A stretch of 64,000 nt of DNA. Source: an uncultured candidate division Zixibacteria bacterium. Its GTDB lineage: Bacteria; Zixibacteria; MSB-5A5; GN15; FEB-12. The notes beneath the pieces are model-generated. The model had not been told where the DNA came from. It made no database searches and saw only the letters and a program-made list of their open reading frames with translations. The DNA is taken from contig CAWDXE010000007.1 in NCBI GenBank assembly GCA_963806185.1, forward strand, positions 928,001-992,000. The letters run 5' to 3'. Numbering within the stretch: position 1 is the stretch's first letter; each line of letters begins with the position of its first letter. A program made the position numbers and the translations under genes. Below are positions 10,502 to 21,951 of this stretch, one piece after another.

Positions 10502-11337
10502 GTGCGGCCGAAGATCTTTTCGTATATCGGTTTCGGGTCGACCTCGAGGCCGGACCATATTTTAAATGATCGCACCGCCTGGGCGATCAACATCCGGCGT
10601 CCGTCGATCACGACGGAGGCATGCTTGCGCGCGGCCTGAACCGACGCGTTGTCATCATTGTAATTGAGATCATAGTAAATGGCATCGGAAGGCCAGGGAA
10701 AGCCGGTGGGAATGGCCTGCTGGCGCGGGTGAAGCGGTCCACCGAGCGGAGTGCAGTTCACGATCAAACTCACTTTGCCGATGACCGGCCAGTGTTTGTC
10801 GGCACGATTCAGGCAGGTGACTTTGGCCTCGGGGGCAAAATCTGCAATAGAGCCGCACAAGCCGGCGGGATCGGCGACACTCTGACTCATGACGGCGAAT
10901 TCGCGGAGGCCATAGGTCCAATAAAGGGTGTGCATGACGGACCGGGAAGCGCCGCCACTGCCAAGAATAAGTGCCTTCGTGCCGGCCAGTTTTTTGGCAT
11001 GCGGAACGAGAGTTGCGGAGAACCCGTCGCCGTCGGTGTTGTAGCCAATCGCCCCGTTCTCATTGAAGTGCACGGAATTGACCGCACCGATCATTTTAGC
11101 AGATTGATCGAGCTCTGAAAGGAGCGGGATAATTGCGGATTTAAAAGGAATCGTGACACTGAGGCCGGTGACGCCGTCGTCGACGATCTGTTTCACGCGC
11201 TGGGGCAACGCGGGGGGCATGGTCGGGAAAAGGTCGAATCGCCCCCTAATCCCGCTTTGGGCGAAGATGACCTCAAAGATCGCGGGGGATTTCGAGTAGT
11301 CGATTGTACCGCCGAGCAGGCCAAAATGGAAGGCCAT
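10498..11337 (-). CDS. aroE: Shikimate dehydrogenase
   Basis: SKSPAI, SVTIPFK, GAVNS, GYNTDGDG, LGSGGAS, VNCTPLG, YDLNY, QAVRSF. Start placed at MAFHFG. Confidence 0.93.
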   Translation of the reverse strand: MAFHFGLLGGTIDYSKSPAIFEVIFAQSGIRGRFDLFPTMPPALPQRVKQIVDDGVTGLSVTIPFKSAIIPLLSELDQSAKMIGAVNSVHFNENGAIGYNTDGDGFSATLVPHAKKLAGTKALILGSGGASRSVMHTLYWTYGLREFAVMSQSVADPAGLCGSIADFAPEAKVTCLNRADKHWPVIGKVSLIVNCTPLGGPLHPRQQAIPTGFPWPSDAIYYDLNYNDDNASVQAARKHASVVIDGRRMLIAQAVRSFKIWSGLEVDPKPIYEKIFGRT

Positions 11338-11357
11338 GGCGTTCCCTTCAGGAATAG

Positions 11358-12701
11358 CTAATGTGATACTTGCTGCAACAGGTCCCAAAAGACCGGACAT
11401 GAAATCGCCACACAGGCGGCATCATCGATAGTAGAAGGACCGGTGGCCAGTCGAGCCGCAATGGCGAAGGCCATGGCGATGCGGTGGTCGCCGAATGATT
11501 TCAGATCGGCACCCTGCAATTCGCGCTGGCCCTCGATCGCCAAGCCGTCCTCGAGCAGGCCAACTTTGACGCCCATGGCACGAAGATTCTCGACGATAGC
11601 GGCGAGGCGGTCGCTCTCTTTCACCTTCAATTCGGCAGCGTCGCGGATGACGGTTGTCCCCTGAGCGTAGGCGCCGATAACGGCGACCATGGGTAGTTCA
11701 TCGATCATGGCGGCGGCGGTCTCACCGTGTACCTTGACGGCCTTGAGCGCTTCACCGGTGACAGTGACATTGCCGCGTGGTTCGCCGGAGACTATCGTCT
11801 TATTCTCGATGATCAGCTTACAACCGGCAGCCTTGAGGTGATTGAGGAATTCAGTGCGGGTCGGGTTAAGGCCGACGTGCTCGACCGTTATGGATTTGCC
11901 TGAGATCGCGGCGAGGCCGAAGAAGAAGGCGGCGGTGGAGAAATCGCCGGGGATATCAATCGAGCCGCCGGCTACCCGAGCACGGGCCGGGAGGATGGAT
12001 TCGCGTTTGAAATCCTCGGGCATCACCATTTTTTTGCGGCGGGGATCGTTGGGATCCTCAGTGAGCACCGGTTTGATATCACGAACGCTGATACCGGTGC
12101 CAAGATAACCGAGCATGATTTCGGTATGATCGCGGCTGAGTTGTTTTTCGCGAATGAGTATGCGGCATCCCGAGGCGAGGCCGGCAAACAAGACGGCCGA
12201 TTTGACCTGCGCGGACGGAATGGGCATGGTGTATTCAAACGGGAGCAGTTTTTTCCCCTGTATACGCATGGGAAGATGGCCGTCAGTAGCATAGCACTCG
12301 GCGCCCATAGCAGTGAGCGGGTCGACGATGCGCTTCATCGGGCGACGCGAGAGTGATTCATCCCCGGCCAGAGTGGCGGATAGTTCGCTGCCGGCGATGA
12401 GGCCGGCCAGGAGTCGCGCGGTCGTGCCGGAGTTGCCGCAATCCACAATCAGGTCGGAAGGGATGTTGAGCGATGCTGGAGGAGTAAGGCGGAGACCTTC
12501 CTCGGTAGTCTCAACGGTCACGCCGAATTGCTGAGCCGCTTTGATGGCGGAATTGGCGTCGGCGGCGTGGGGCGCGTTGGCAACATGTATGGGCCCCGTG
12601 GCCAGGATGGAGAGCAATGCTGCGCGCTGGGCGATTGATTTGTCACCCGGGACGCGCAGAGTTCCGCCGATGCGCCGGGCTGGGGTTATATCGCGACTCA
12701 C
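11358..12701 (-). CDS. aroA: 3-phosphoshikimate 1-carboxyvinyltransferase (EPSP synthase, class II)
   Basis: PGDKSI, DCGNSGTT, RPMKRI, SAQVKSA, RDHTE, NPTR, KESDR, DHRIAM. Confidence 0.96.
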   Translation of the reverse strand: MSRDITPARRIGGTLRVPGDKSIAQRAALLSILATGPIHVANAPHAADANSAIKAAQQFGVTVETTEEGLRLTPPASLNIPSDLIVDCGNSGTTARLLAGLIAGSELSATLAGDESLSRRPMKRIVDPLTAMGAECYATDGHLPMRIQGKKLLPFEYTMPIPSAQVKSAVLFAGLASGCRILIREKQLSRDHTEIMLGYLGTGISVRDIKPVLTEDPNDPRRKKMVMPEDFKRESILPARARVAGGSIDIPGDFSTAAFFFGLAAISGKSITVEHVGLNPTRTEFLNHLKAAGCKLIIENKTIVSGEPRGNVTVTGEALKAVKVHGETAAAMIDELPMVAVIGAYAQGTTVIRDAAELKVKESDRLAAIVENLRAMGVKVGLLEDGLAIEGQRELQGADLKSFGDHRIAMAFAIAARLATGPSTIDDAACVAISCPVFWDLLQQVSH

Positions 12702-13714
12702 ACGACCGTCCTGTTGAGGGCCTTCGCCATGTTGCGAAGGTCAACGATCATATCGTCGTAGGCGTCGGGCGTGATGGACTGCAGGCCGTCAGAGAGGGCG
12801 GATTCCGGATCAGAGTGTACCTCGACCATAAGGCCGTGAGCGCCGACAGCCAGCGAAGCAAGTGACATGGGGAGCACTTTGTCTTTGCGGCCGGTGCCGT
12901 GGCTGGGGTCGGCAATGATCGGCAGGTGGCTCATCTTCTTAATGAAGGGAATGGCGGCCAGATCAAGCGTGTTACGGGTGTGATCGGCCAGGGTGCGAAT
13001 ACCGCGCTCGCAAAGGATGACCTGTTTGTTGCCTTCGACCATGATGTATTCGGCGGCCATCAGTAATTCTTCGAGTGTCGCACTCATGCCGCGTTTGAGC
13101 AGGACGGGTCGTTTCTGGCGTCCGGCACGGCGAAGCAGGGAATAATTCTGCATGTTGCGGGCACCGATTTGAATGATATCGGCGTAATCGGCAACCATGT
13201 CGATGGTTTCCGTATCAATCGCTTCGGTGACGATTTTGAGTCCGAATTTCTCCCGAACCTCGGCGAGAATTTTCAGCCCCTCCTCCCCCAGCCCCTGAAA
13301 AGTGTATGGCGACGTGCGCGGTTTGAAGGCGCCGCCCCGGAAGATTTTCGTACCGGCTCGGGCAACTCGCTCGGCAACCCGGAAGGTTTGCTCGCGTGAT
13401 TCCACCGAGCAGGGGCCGGCCATGATGATGAATTCCGAGCCACCGATTTTGACACCGTCGATATCGACGATGGTATCGTTTTGACTGAATTCCCGGTTGG
13501 CCAGTTTGTAGGGCTGGGTGACCTGAATGATGTTGCGGACGCCGGGCAGACCAAGAATGTGGTCAGCGTCAATCTGAGCCTTGTTACCGGTGATCCCGAT
13601 GGCGGTGCGCTGAGCGCCGGGCATGGGGTGAGCAGTGAGACCCATTCGTTCTATTTCGCGACAGACCCGGTCGACCATATCGACCGAGGCATTGGCTTCC
13701 ATGACAATGAGCAT
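12698..13714 (-). CDS. aroF: DAHP synthase type I-beta with N-terminal regulatory domain
   Basis: MLIVM start, AGPCSVES, GGAFKPRTSPYTFQG, QIGARNMQN, CERGIRT, DPSHGTG, EVH. Confidence 0.95.
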   Translation of the reverse strand: MLIVMEANASVDMVDRVCREIERMGLTAHPMPGAQRTAIGITGNKAQIDADHILGLPGVRNIIQVTQPYKLANREFSQNDTIVDIDGVKIGGSEFIIMAGPCSVESREQTFRVAERVARAGTKIFRGGAFKPRTSPYTFQGLGEEGLKILAEVREKFGLKIVTEAIDTETIDMVADYADIIQIGARNMQNYSLLRRAGRQKRPVLLKRGMSATLEELLMAAEYIMVEGNKQVILCERGIRTLADHTRNTLDLAAIPFIKKMSHLPIIADPSHGTGRKDKVLPMSLASLAVGAHGLMVEVHSDPESALSDGLQSITPDAYDDMIVDLRNMAKALNRTVV

Positions 13715-13789
13715 CGAAAACTCCTGACCAATCAGGCGGTTGAAAATTTCCTGGTCTTCCCGCCTGTCAGTTGTGTGACCGAGCAATCG

Positions 13790-15601
13790 CTACATCTCCT
13801 CCGGCGCCTGAAGTCCGAGCAGATATAGGCCTTCCTTCAGCACGATGCGAACGGACTCGACCAGCGCAATACGCGCGGCTGAGAGTTCAGCGTTATCGGA
13901 AATAATTTTGTCAATGCGACCCGCGGCATCCTTGCGCTGGTACACCTTGTTAAACGCGCCGGACAGTCGAATCAGATACGTGACCAGCGGGTACGGGTCG
14001 TATTGGGAGGCGGCGTCGTCGACAGCGGCCGGAAAATCGGCCAGCAGTTCGACGACGCGCTGTTCTTCCTCGAAATCGAGCAAAGCGTAATTGACATTCG
14101 CTTTGACCGGCTGCCCGTAATTGCGAATGAGCGCGCAAAGACGGGCATGAGTGTACTGCAGGTAGGGGCCGGTTTCGCCCTCGAAATTGAGGACATCGTC
14201 CCAGACGAAGTTGACGTCTTTCAGGCGACGCACGGAGAGTTGGGAATACGTGACCGCGCCGACGCCGACCATACGAGCGACGCTCGTCGATGTTGGCCAG
14301 CCCGGGGTTCTTCTCCTTGATGCGGGCCTTGACCAGCGAGATGGCCTCGCCGAGCAGATTATCAAGCAGAATGATATTGCCACGGCGGGTGGACATTGAC
14401 TTGTCGCCGAATTTCACCCAGCCGAATTCGATATGTTTCACACGACCGGTCATCCGCTTGTCCGGCGGCTGGTGTCTCGGCTTCTTCAAGCATGGCGATC
14501 ACTTTGAGACACTGGCGGAAGTGATCGGCTTGGGACGAACCCACGACGTAAAGTGATTCGTTGAAGTGATACTGTTTCCCAACGCCAGATGAGGCCGGCG
14601 AGATCGCGGGTCAGGTAGAGTGTGGCGCCATCGGCCCGCTTGAGCAATGCGGGCGGAAGGTTCGGATCTTTCAGATCAACAATGAGCGCACCGCGTGAGA
14701 CGGAGGTGAGGCCGACTTTTTCGAGCCGTTTGACGACTGCTTCCATCTTGTCGTTCAGGAAGGATTCGCCGTAGACGAGATCGAATTCAACGCCGAGCAT
14801 GGTGTAGACGCGGTCAAATTCTTCATGCGAGATGCGTTTGAGTTCCTCCCAGAGACGAGTGGCGTCGGGATCGCCATCCTCAAGATTCTTGAAGGCCGTG
14901 CGCGCCTGATCGTCAAGCGTAGGATCCTTCTCGGCCTCGACATGAAAGCGGACATAGAGGGCGAGCAGTTTCTGGACGGCGTTACCCTGCAGAGTGTCAG
15001 GCGTCCCCCATTTATTAAAGGCGACGATCATTTTGCCGAACTGAGTGCCCCAGTCGCCGGGGTAGTTGATGCCGACGACGGTGTAGCCGAGTTTGCGGAA
15101 AATACGTCGGAGCGAGTTGCCGATGACGGTCGTGCGGAGGTGTCCGACGCCGAACGGCTTGGCGATGTTGGGAGAAGAGTACTCCACCAGGTTTGTCTTC
15201 CCGGCGCCGACAGTGGAGTTACCGTAGCTGGATTGCTCGGTGAGAATTCGGGTGATGGTTTCGGCGGTCAGTTTGGTGGCGTTGACTTCCGCGTTGAGAA
15301 AGCCAGAGACGCCGCGACAAAGGATGGTCGAGTGGCCGGAGGCGCTCAGGAGCCGATTGGCTTCATCTGCGACTTTAATGGCAATGTCCATCGGCTTGTC
15401 GTTAAGTAACTTAACGAACTTGAAAACTGGAAAGGCAAAACGGCCCAAGCGGGGGTCTTTGGGCTTTTCGAGACCCTCATAGATACTGTCGGGCGTTAGC
15501 ATACCGCTCGCACCGTTAGCAAAAGCGTCGGGATATACAGCCCGAAACGCTGTGGCGAGGGCGTTGGCAAACTCAACTCTGTATTTATCTTTTGCTTCCA
15601 T
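13790..15601 (-). CDS. argS: Arginine--tRNA ligase, broken by three apparent +1 frameshifts (about 14575, 14476, 14283; probable sequencing errors)
   Basis: EYSSPNIAKPFGVGHLR, GDWGTQFG, DGATLYLTRD, then YVVGSSQADHF, SMSTRRG, FEGETGPYLQYTHARL and the C-terminal LGLQAPEEM across successive frames. Confidence 0.92.
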
Positions 15602-15651
15602 AATGCTCTTGGAATGGGCAAATATCGGCCCATCTGTTCCACTTGGCAATG

Positions 15652-16460
15652 TCAATCTTCGCTCCCGGCCGGATGGTCAATGGCCCGACGGAGATCGGTT
15701 AGAAATGCACCAACACGCGTGAGATTCCCTTTGCCCGTCGCGTCTTTGGGGTCAATCTGGCGAACAATTGCCGAGCCTACGACGACACCGTCGGCGGACT
15801 GACATAGCCGGCGGGCACCGACGGCATCAGAGACGCCGAAACCAGCAACAAACGGCTTGGTCAGTTGCCGTTTAAGGCGAGCGAGATATTCGTCGGTCGA
15901 ATCGTCAAACTGTGCAGCTCGGCCGGTGACGCCGGTGACGGTGACGGCGTAAACAAAATCGGTGGAGTGTTTGTCGATCATCCGCATGCGAGCCGGCGTC
16001 GAGGTGGGCGATACGAGAAAGATCGAAGCCAGGCAACTGGTCGCGAGAAGCGAGCGAAGTTCGGCGGATTCGTCAACCGGAAGATCCGGGATGATGAACC
16101 CGTCGACACCGTGACGGGCGGCGTCCAGCACAAACCGTTCGAGGCCGTAGGCGAGGAGCGGGTTGAAGTAGCCCATCAAAACTATGGGGATATTGCTCCC
16201 GGTGCGCACGTGACTCGCTACTTCCAACGAGTGCCTCAGAGTTACACCGTTCTGCAAGGCGACGTGCGAGGACAACTGGATATCGGGACCGTCGGCCAAC
16301 GGGTCGGAGAAGGGCATGCCAAGTTCAAGCATATCCGCTCCGGAGGCGATGGCAATCTCGGCCAATCGCCTTGACTGATCGATGGTCGGGTAGCCGACGG
16401 TGAGAAACGGCACGAGCAGTTTCCGGTTGCCTCGAGATGAGAGGGTGTGCGCGATGCGGC

Positions 16461-16464
<4 letters not shown>
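15652..16464 (-). CDS. trpA: Tryptophan synthase alpha chain
   Basis: [45 protein letters not shown]. Confidence 0.97.
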
Positions 16465-17649
<1,185 letters not shown>

Positions 17650-17660
<11 letters not shown>

Positions 17661-18273
17661 AGCGAATCCTGTCGCAAACTCGCATGAAGCGAGTGAGTTT
17701 GACTTTCGATTTGATTCCGGGTGCCGACTCGACGCTGGAGTTGACATCAACGATGAGCGGCCGGAAGAGGCGCACGCCTTCCTCGACATTCTGAGCATTG
17801 ATCCCACCGGCCAGCATCAAGTTGGGCGTGGCTTTGCGTGGGCGAGCGGGCCAATCAAATTGCCGGCCAGTGCCACCGAGTTCGCCTTCGGACTGGTTAT
17901 CGAACATGACAATGTCGGCCGCAGTCCGAGGAGTCCGCGTGGTATTACCATCGAACGCCTTGATCACTTTGAAGCCCGCGGCGCGGACGGCGCGAATATC
18001 GGACTCAGTTTGAGCGCCGTGGAGTTGAACGAAGTCCAGGTGCAGCAGTGAAGCACGTTTGATGATGCTGTTTGCAGTGTCGTGTACAAAGACACCAACA
18101 CGGTGGACCATCGGCGGCAACGGGTCGAGAATTGCCTTCGCCTGTTGCATCGTTACAACGCGTGGAGAGCCGGTGTAGAATATCACGCCAATGAGGTCGA
18201 CGCCGAGAGTGGCGGCGAGAACGGCGTCTTGTGGGCGGGTGACGCCGCAGATTTTGATGCGGAATCGGTTCAT
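17650..18273 (-). CDS. trpF: Phosphoribosylanthranilate isomerase
   Basis: IKICGVT, SPR, VQLHG, GGTG..FDW, LAGGI, DVNSSVE. Confidence 0.96.
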
Positions 18274-19043
18274 GCGCCCCTCAGAAATTTCAAGTGCGCG
18301 ACTGGATCGGGGGCAGTCATGAGAGCCTCGCCGATGAGAAACGCGTCAAAGCCGGCGGACCGGAGCCGGGAAATGTCGGCTCGTGTGGTGATGCCGGATT
18401 CGGCAACTTTGAGTGTGTGTTTGGGAATCAGCGCCGCCAGCCGCTCGGCTGTGTCGAGCGAAACGGTGAAATCATCGAGATTGCGGCTGTTTACACCGAT
18501 AATTGCGCAGCCGGAGTTCACGGCGATCTCCAATTCCTTTTCATTGTGAACTTCCACCAAGCAATCAAGACCGATCTCACCCGCGGCAAGCAAGTAATCC
18601 GTCAGTTGTGCCGGTGTGAGCAGGCGCACAATCAGTAGAACGGCATCGGCCCGCATAAGGCGGGCATAATACACCTGGTATTCGTCGACGACGAAATCTT
18701 TGCAGAGCACGGGCAAGCCGGAGATATCAGCGACAAGCTGCAGGTATTCAGGGCGGCCCATGAAATGGCGTTGCTCAGTGAGAACGGAGATGGCTGCCGC
18801 ACCGCCATCATGGTAGTGCTTAGCGATTGCCGCGGGGTCGAATGTGTGTGCGAGAAGGCCCTTCGAAGGCGAAGCCTGTTTGATTTCGGCGATTATGCGG
18901 GTACCGTCACCGACCAGGGACTTTCGAAAGGAGTGGCTCGCAGGGGTCGGCAAATCATTTACGAAAGTGGTGAGCGGGCGAGTCCGCTTGAGGGCGTCGA
19001 CCTCTTCGCGACGGTGGTTGGCTATGGTTTCCAGAATGTTCAT
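18270..19043 (-). CDS. trpC: Indole-3-glycerol phosphate synthase
   Basis: IAEIKQASPSKG, SVLTE, LCKDF, LVEVH, GVNSRNL, AESGI, LIGEALM. Confidence 0.97.
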   Translation of the reverse strand: MNILETIANHRREEVDALKRTRPLTTFVNDLPTPASHSFRKSLVGDGTRIIAEIKQASPSKGLLAHTFDPAAIAKHYHDGGAAAISVLTEQRHFMGRPEYLQLVADISGLPVLCKDFVVDEYQVYYARLMRADAVLLIVRLLTPAQLTDYLLAAGEIGLDCLVEVHNEKELEIAVNSGCAIIGVNSRNLDDFTVSLDTAERLAALIPKHTLKVAESGITTRADISRLRSAGFDAFLIGEALMTAPDPVAHLKFLRGA

Positions 19044-19044
19044 C

Positions 19045-20367
19045 TCAACCCTCACGCTCCGGAATGTACCAACCACTTCCCTTTTCCCGGCGCTGTTCGA
19101 TCGACCTGAAGAACGAGAAGTAGAGAAGTGAGGCGAGCAGGTATAGACCACTGGCGATATTCAGGGTGAGTGAGTAGCCGTACGTCTCAATCAAGTGGCC
19201 GCCGACAGCAACGGCGATCATCCAGGAGCCGGTCCAGGCGACAGTCAGGAGGGCGTTGACGAAGCCCTGTTCGGACTCGTCCGCGATTTCCATCGCAAGA
19301 TTGGTGGAGAGCGGCCCGGCGAGATTCATAAGGGCGCCGCGAAGGATGAAGGCGAAGACAACCAGTGGCAGGAAATAGCTGTACGCAAGGGTGAGCATGA
19401 ACGGAATCGATGCGACCTGCGTGTATACGACGGTTCGGACCAGGCCGAGTCGTTTCACCAGGAGCGGGCCGGCGAGTGTCCCGATCAGCATGGCCGCTGA
19501 CACGGAAAGGTATACCAGCCCGATGCGGTCGGGCGGAAGGTGAAAGCGGTCCCGGAAGAAGAGGCTGAGAAATGGTATGATCAGACCGGCGCCCAGGCCG
19601 ATCAGGAAATTGATGCTGGTCAATTTCAGATAGAAGCCGCCGCGATGGCGAAAAGTGGCGAGTCGGATTTTGAGCGGGCGGTCGTTAACTTCCGGACCGA
19701 AGGGTTTGATCATCGAAAACGGTATGAGCGCAAGGATACCGACAGCGATACCGAAGTAGAGGGCAATTTGATATCCGAGAATGCTGCTGCCAGTGGCCGA
19801 GGTGATGATCGTGACCAGCTTGCCCGATCCGGCTGATCCAAGCATCCCGGACAAGAGAAGGACGGCAAAGGAGCACGAGAACAGGTGAGTGCGTTCGACT
19901 GGCGTAGAGTTGCGAATGTAGAACGGTCCGCCGGCGACGCGGAAAAATGACCACGAGATACCGGCCAGCAGGGAGAAAGTCACGAGCATGCCCATTTTGG
20001 TGCTGGTAGTTATGAGAAAGCTGGCGACGGCGAACATTACGACAGCGGTGATCAGGAACGGCTTCAGCTTTAAGCGTGAAAAGAGTACGGCCGACGGGAC
20101 AGCCATCAGGGCAATGCCCAATGCGCGGAACGAATTGACAAAGCCAATGTCACCCTCGCCGAATCTCAGTTCCTTGAGGTAGAGATTGAGCAGGAACTGG
20201 TAGACTTCGAAGTTCACCCCCATGAGGAAGGCGCCGATGAGATACAATCGCGCATTCCGCGAAAAGAGGCTGAGGTGGGCCAGGTATTCACGAAGATGGC
20301 CCAGCGGGCCGGAGGGCGGTCGGGACTGGACCGGAATCCGGTCAATGTCGACGGGGAGTGCTATCAT
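19045..20367 (-). CDS. MFS transporter inside the trp operon
   Basis: About 12 TM in two halves; spaced only 1-3 nt from trpD and trpC. Confidence 0.85.
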   Translation of the reverse strand: MIALPVDIDRIPVQSRPPSGPLGHLREYLAHLSLFSRNARLYLIGAFLMGVNFEVYQFLLNLYLKELRFGEGDIGFVNSFRALGIALMAVPSAVLFSRLKLKPFLITAVVMFAVASFLITTSTKMGMLVTFSLLAGISWSFFRVAGGPFYIRNSTPVERTHLFSCSFAVLLLSGMLGSAGSGKLVTIITSATGSSILGYQIALYFGIAVGILALIPFSMIKPFGPEVNDRPLKIRLATFRHRGGFYLKLTSINFLIGLGAGLIIPFLSLFFRDRFHLPPDRIGLVYLSVSAAMLIGTLAGPLLVKRLGLVRTVVYTQVASIPFMLTLAYSYFLPLVVFAFILRGALMNLAGPLSTNLAMEIADESEQGFVNALLTVAWTGSWMIAVAVGGHLIETYGYSLTLNIASGLYLLASLLYFSFFRSIEQRREKGSGWYIPEREG

Positions 20368-20370
20368 GGC

Positions 20371-21381
20371 CTACGCTGTGGTGAGTTGAATCCACGCCTG
20401 AAGTTTATGTTTGGCGGCTTCGCTGTCAATCGATTCCAGGGCGATTTTGACGCCATCGCGAATATCCCCTGCTTTTGCTCCGACATAGATCATCGCACCG
20501 GCATTGAAGGCGACGGCGTCGCGATAGGCCGATTTCCGGCCGTCGAGCACGTCGTTGAGAATGCGGGCGTTGGTCGGCGCATCGCCGCCCTCCAGGCTTC
20601 CCGCGGGATGGCGGGTGAGACCGACATCCTCAGGAGCAATGCGCCTGAGCGCCTGACCGTACGGCGAGACCTCGATGTATTCGGTCATGTCAGTGACGGA
20701 GAATTCGTCCAGACCGTCGGTCGAATGCACGACGAGAGCGTGTTTGCAGCCGAGCAGCCGGACGACATCAGCGAGAAGAACCATGAGTGAGCGGTCATAG
20801 ACGCCGATAACCTGACGCTGGACGCCGGCCGGATTGGTGAGCGGTCCGAGCACGTTGAACACGGTGCGAATACCCAGTTCCTTGCGCACCGGTGCGGCGT
20901 GGCGCATCGCCGGATGGAAGCGAGGGGCAAACATGAAGCCAAAGCCGAGTTTCGAAAGGGTTAGCTCTACCTTCATGGGGCCCGGATCGATGTTGCCACC
21001 GGTGCTTTCGAGCAGATCGGCGGAGCCGCACAGAGAGCTAACGGAGCGGTTGCCATGCTTGGCAACGTTGACGCCGGCGGCAGATGCGACAATCGAGGCG
21101 GCGGTCGAGATATTGAACGTGTGAGCGGAATCGCCGCCCGTCCCGCAGCCGTCGACAGCATGGTCCTCGAACATATGAATCCTGACCGCATGGCGTCGCA
21201 TGGAAAGGGCAAAGCCGGCGATCTCCTCGGCCTTCTCCCCTCTTTGTCGGAGAGCGACGAGCAGTCCGGCAATTTGCGCCGGGGTGGCCTGGCCGGTCAT
21301 GATCTGGTCCATGACAATAGCGGCCTCTTCGGTCGACAAAGTGGCGCCACTGAGCACCTGTTTGAGAGCATCTTGTATCAT
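20371..21381 (-). CDS. trpD: Anthranilate phosphoribosyltransferase
   Basis: DGCGTGGD, FNIST, KHGNRSVSS, GSADLLE, RTVFNVLGPL, DGLDE. Confidence 0.97.
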   Translation of the reverse strand: MIQDALKQVLSGATLSTEEAAIVMDQIMTGQATPAQIAGLLVALRQRGEKAEEIAGFALSMRRHAVRIHMFEDHAVDGCGTGGDSAHTFNISTAASIVASAAGVNVAKHGNRSVSSLCGSADLLESTGGNIDPGPMKVELTLSKLGFGFMFAPRFHPAMRHAAPVRKELGIRTVFNVLGPLTNPAGVQRQVIGVYDRSLMVLLADVVRLLGCKHALVVHSTDGLDEFSVTDMTEYIEVSPYGQALRRIAPEDVGLTRHPAGSLEGGDAPTNARILNDVLDGRKSAYRDAVAFNAGAMIYVGAKAGDIRDGVKIALESIDSEAAKHKLQAWIQLTTA

Positions 21382-21384
21382 AGA

Positions 21385-21951
21385 CTACAGGCTTCTCAGG
21401 AAATTTCGCAGGATCGTCTTGCCGTGGGTGGTCAGGATCGACTCGGGGTGAAACTGCACGCCGACAATCGGAAGCGCGCGGTGCTGCACGCCCATGATGA
21501 CACCGTCGGCCGTGCGCGCAGTCACTGCCAACTCGGCCGGAAGGGTCGCCGGGTCGATGACGAGGGAATGGTAGCGGGTGGCGGTAAACGGTGACGGAAC
21601 GTCACGATAAAGAAACGATTCATCGTGCAGAACTTCGGACGTCTTCCCGTGCATGAGAGTCGGTGCATAAGTGATCCGGGCGCCAAAGACCTGACCGATC
21701 GCCTGGTGCCCGAGACAGATGCCCAAGATGGGTATGCGACCAGCGGCTTTTTCGATCAGCACGGGCATGATGCCCGCGTTCTCGGGACGGCCGGGGCCGG
21801 GTGACAGTACGATGCCGGTCGGATGCTCGTCGAGCAGCGACGCGGCCGTGGCGGCGTCATTGCGGACTACTTTCAGTTCGGCGCCCAATTCGCCGAGGTA
21901 TTGCACGACGTTGTAGGTGAACGAGTCGTAGTTGTCCAGCAGGAGGATCAA
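21385..21951 (-). CDS. trpG: Anthranilate synthase component II (glutamine amidotransferase)
   Basis: LLDNYDSFTYN, SPGPG, GICLGHQ, RYHSL, QFHPES. The TTG start overlaps the trpE stop (TTGA). Confidence 0.95.
   Translation of the reverse strand: MILLLDNYDSFTYNVVQYLGELGAELKVVRNDAATAASLLDEHPTGIVLSPGPGRPENAGIMPVLIEKAAGRIPILGICLGHQAIGQVFGARITYAPTLMHGKTSEVLHDESFLYRDVPSPFTATRYHSLVIDPATLPAELAVTARTADGVIMGVQHRALPIVGVQFHPESILTTHGKTILRNFLRSL

Noticed and set aside
13790..15601. argS as a true pseudogene or programmed frameshift
   Set aside because: Three +1 insertions within 300 bp, no slippery or stimulatory signals seen, an essential gene with intact motifs, and the same error type elsewhere in the window.
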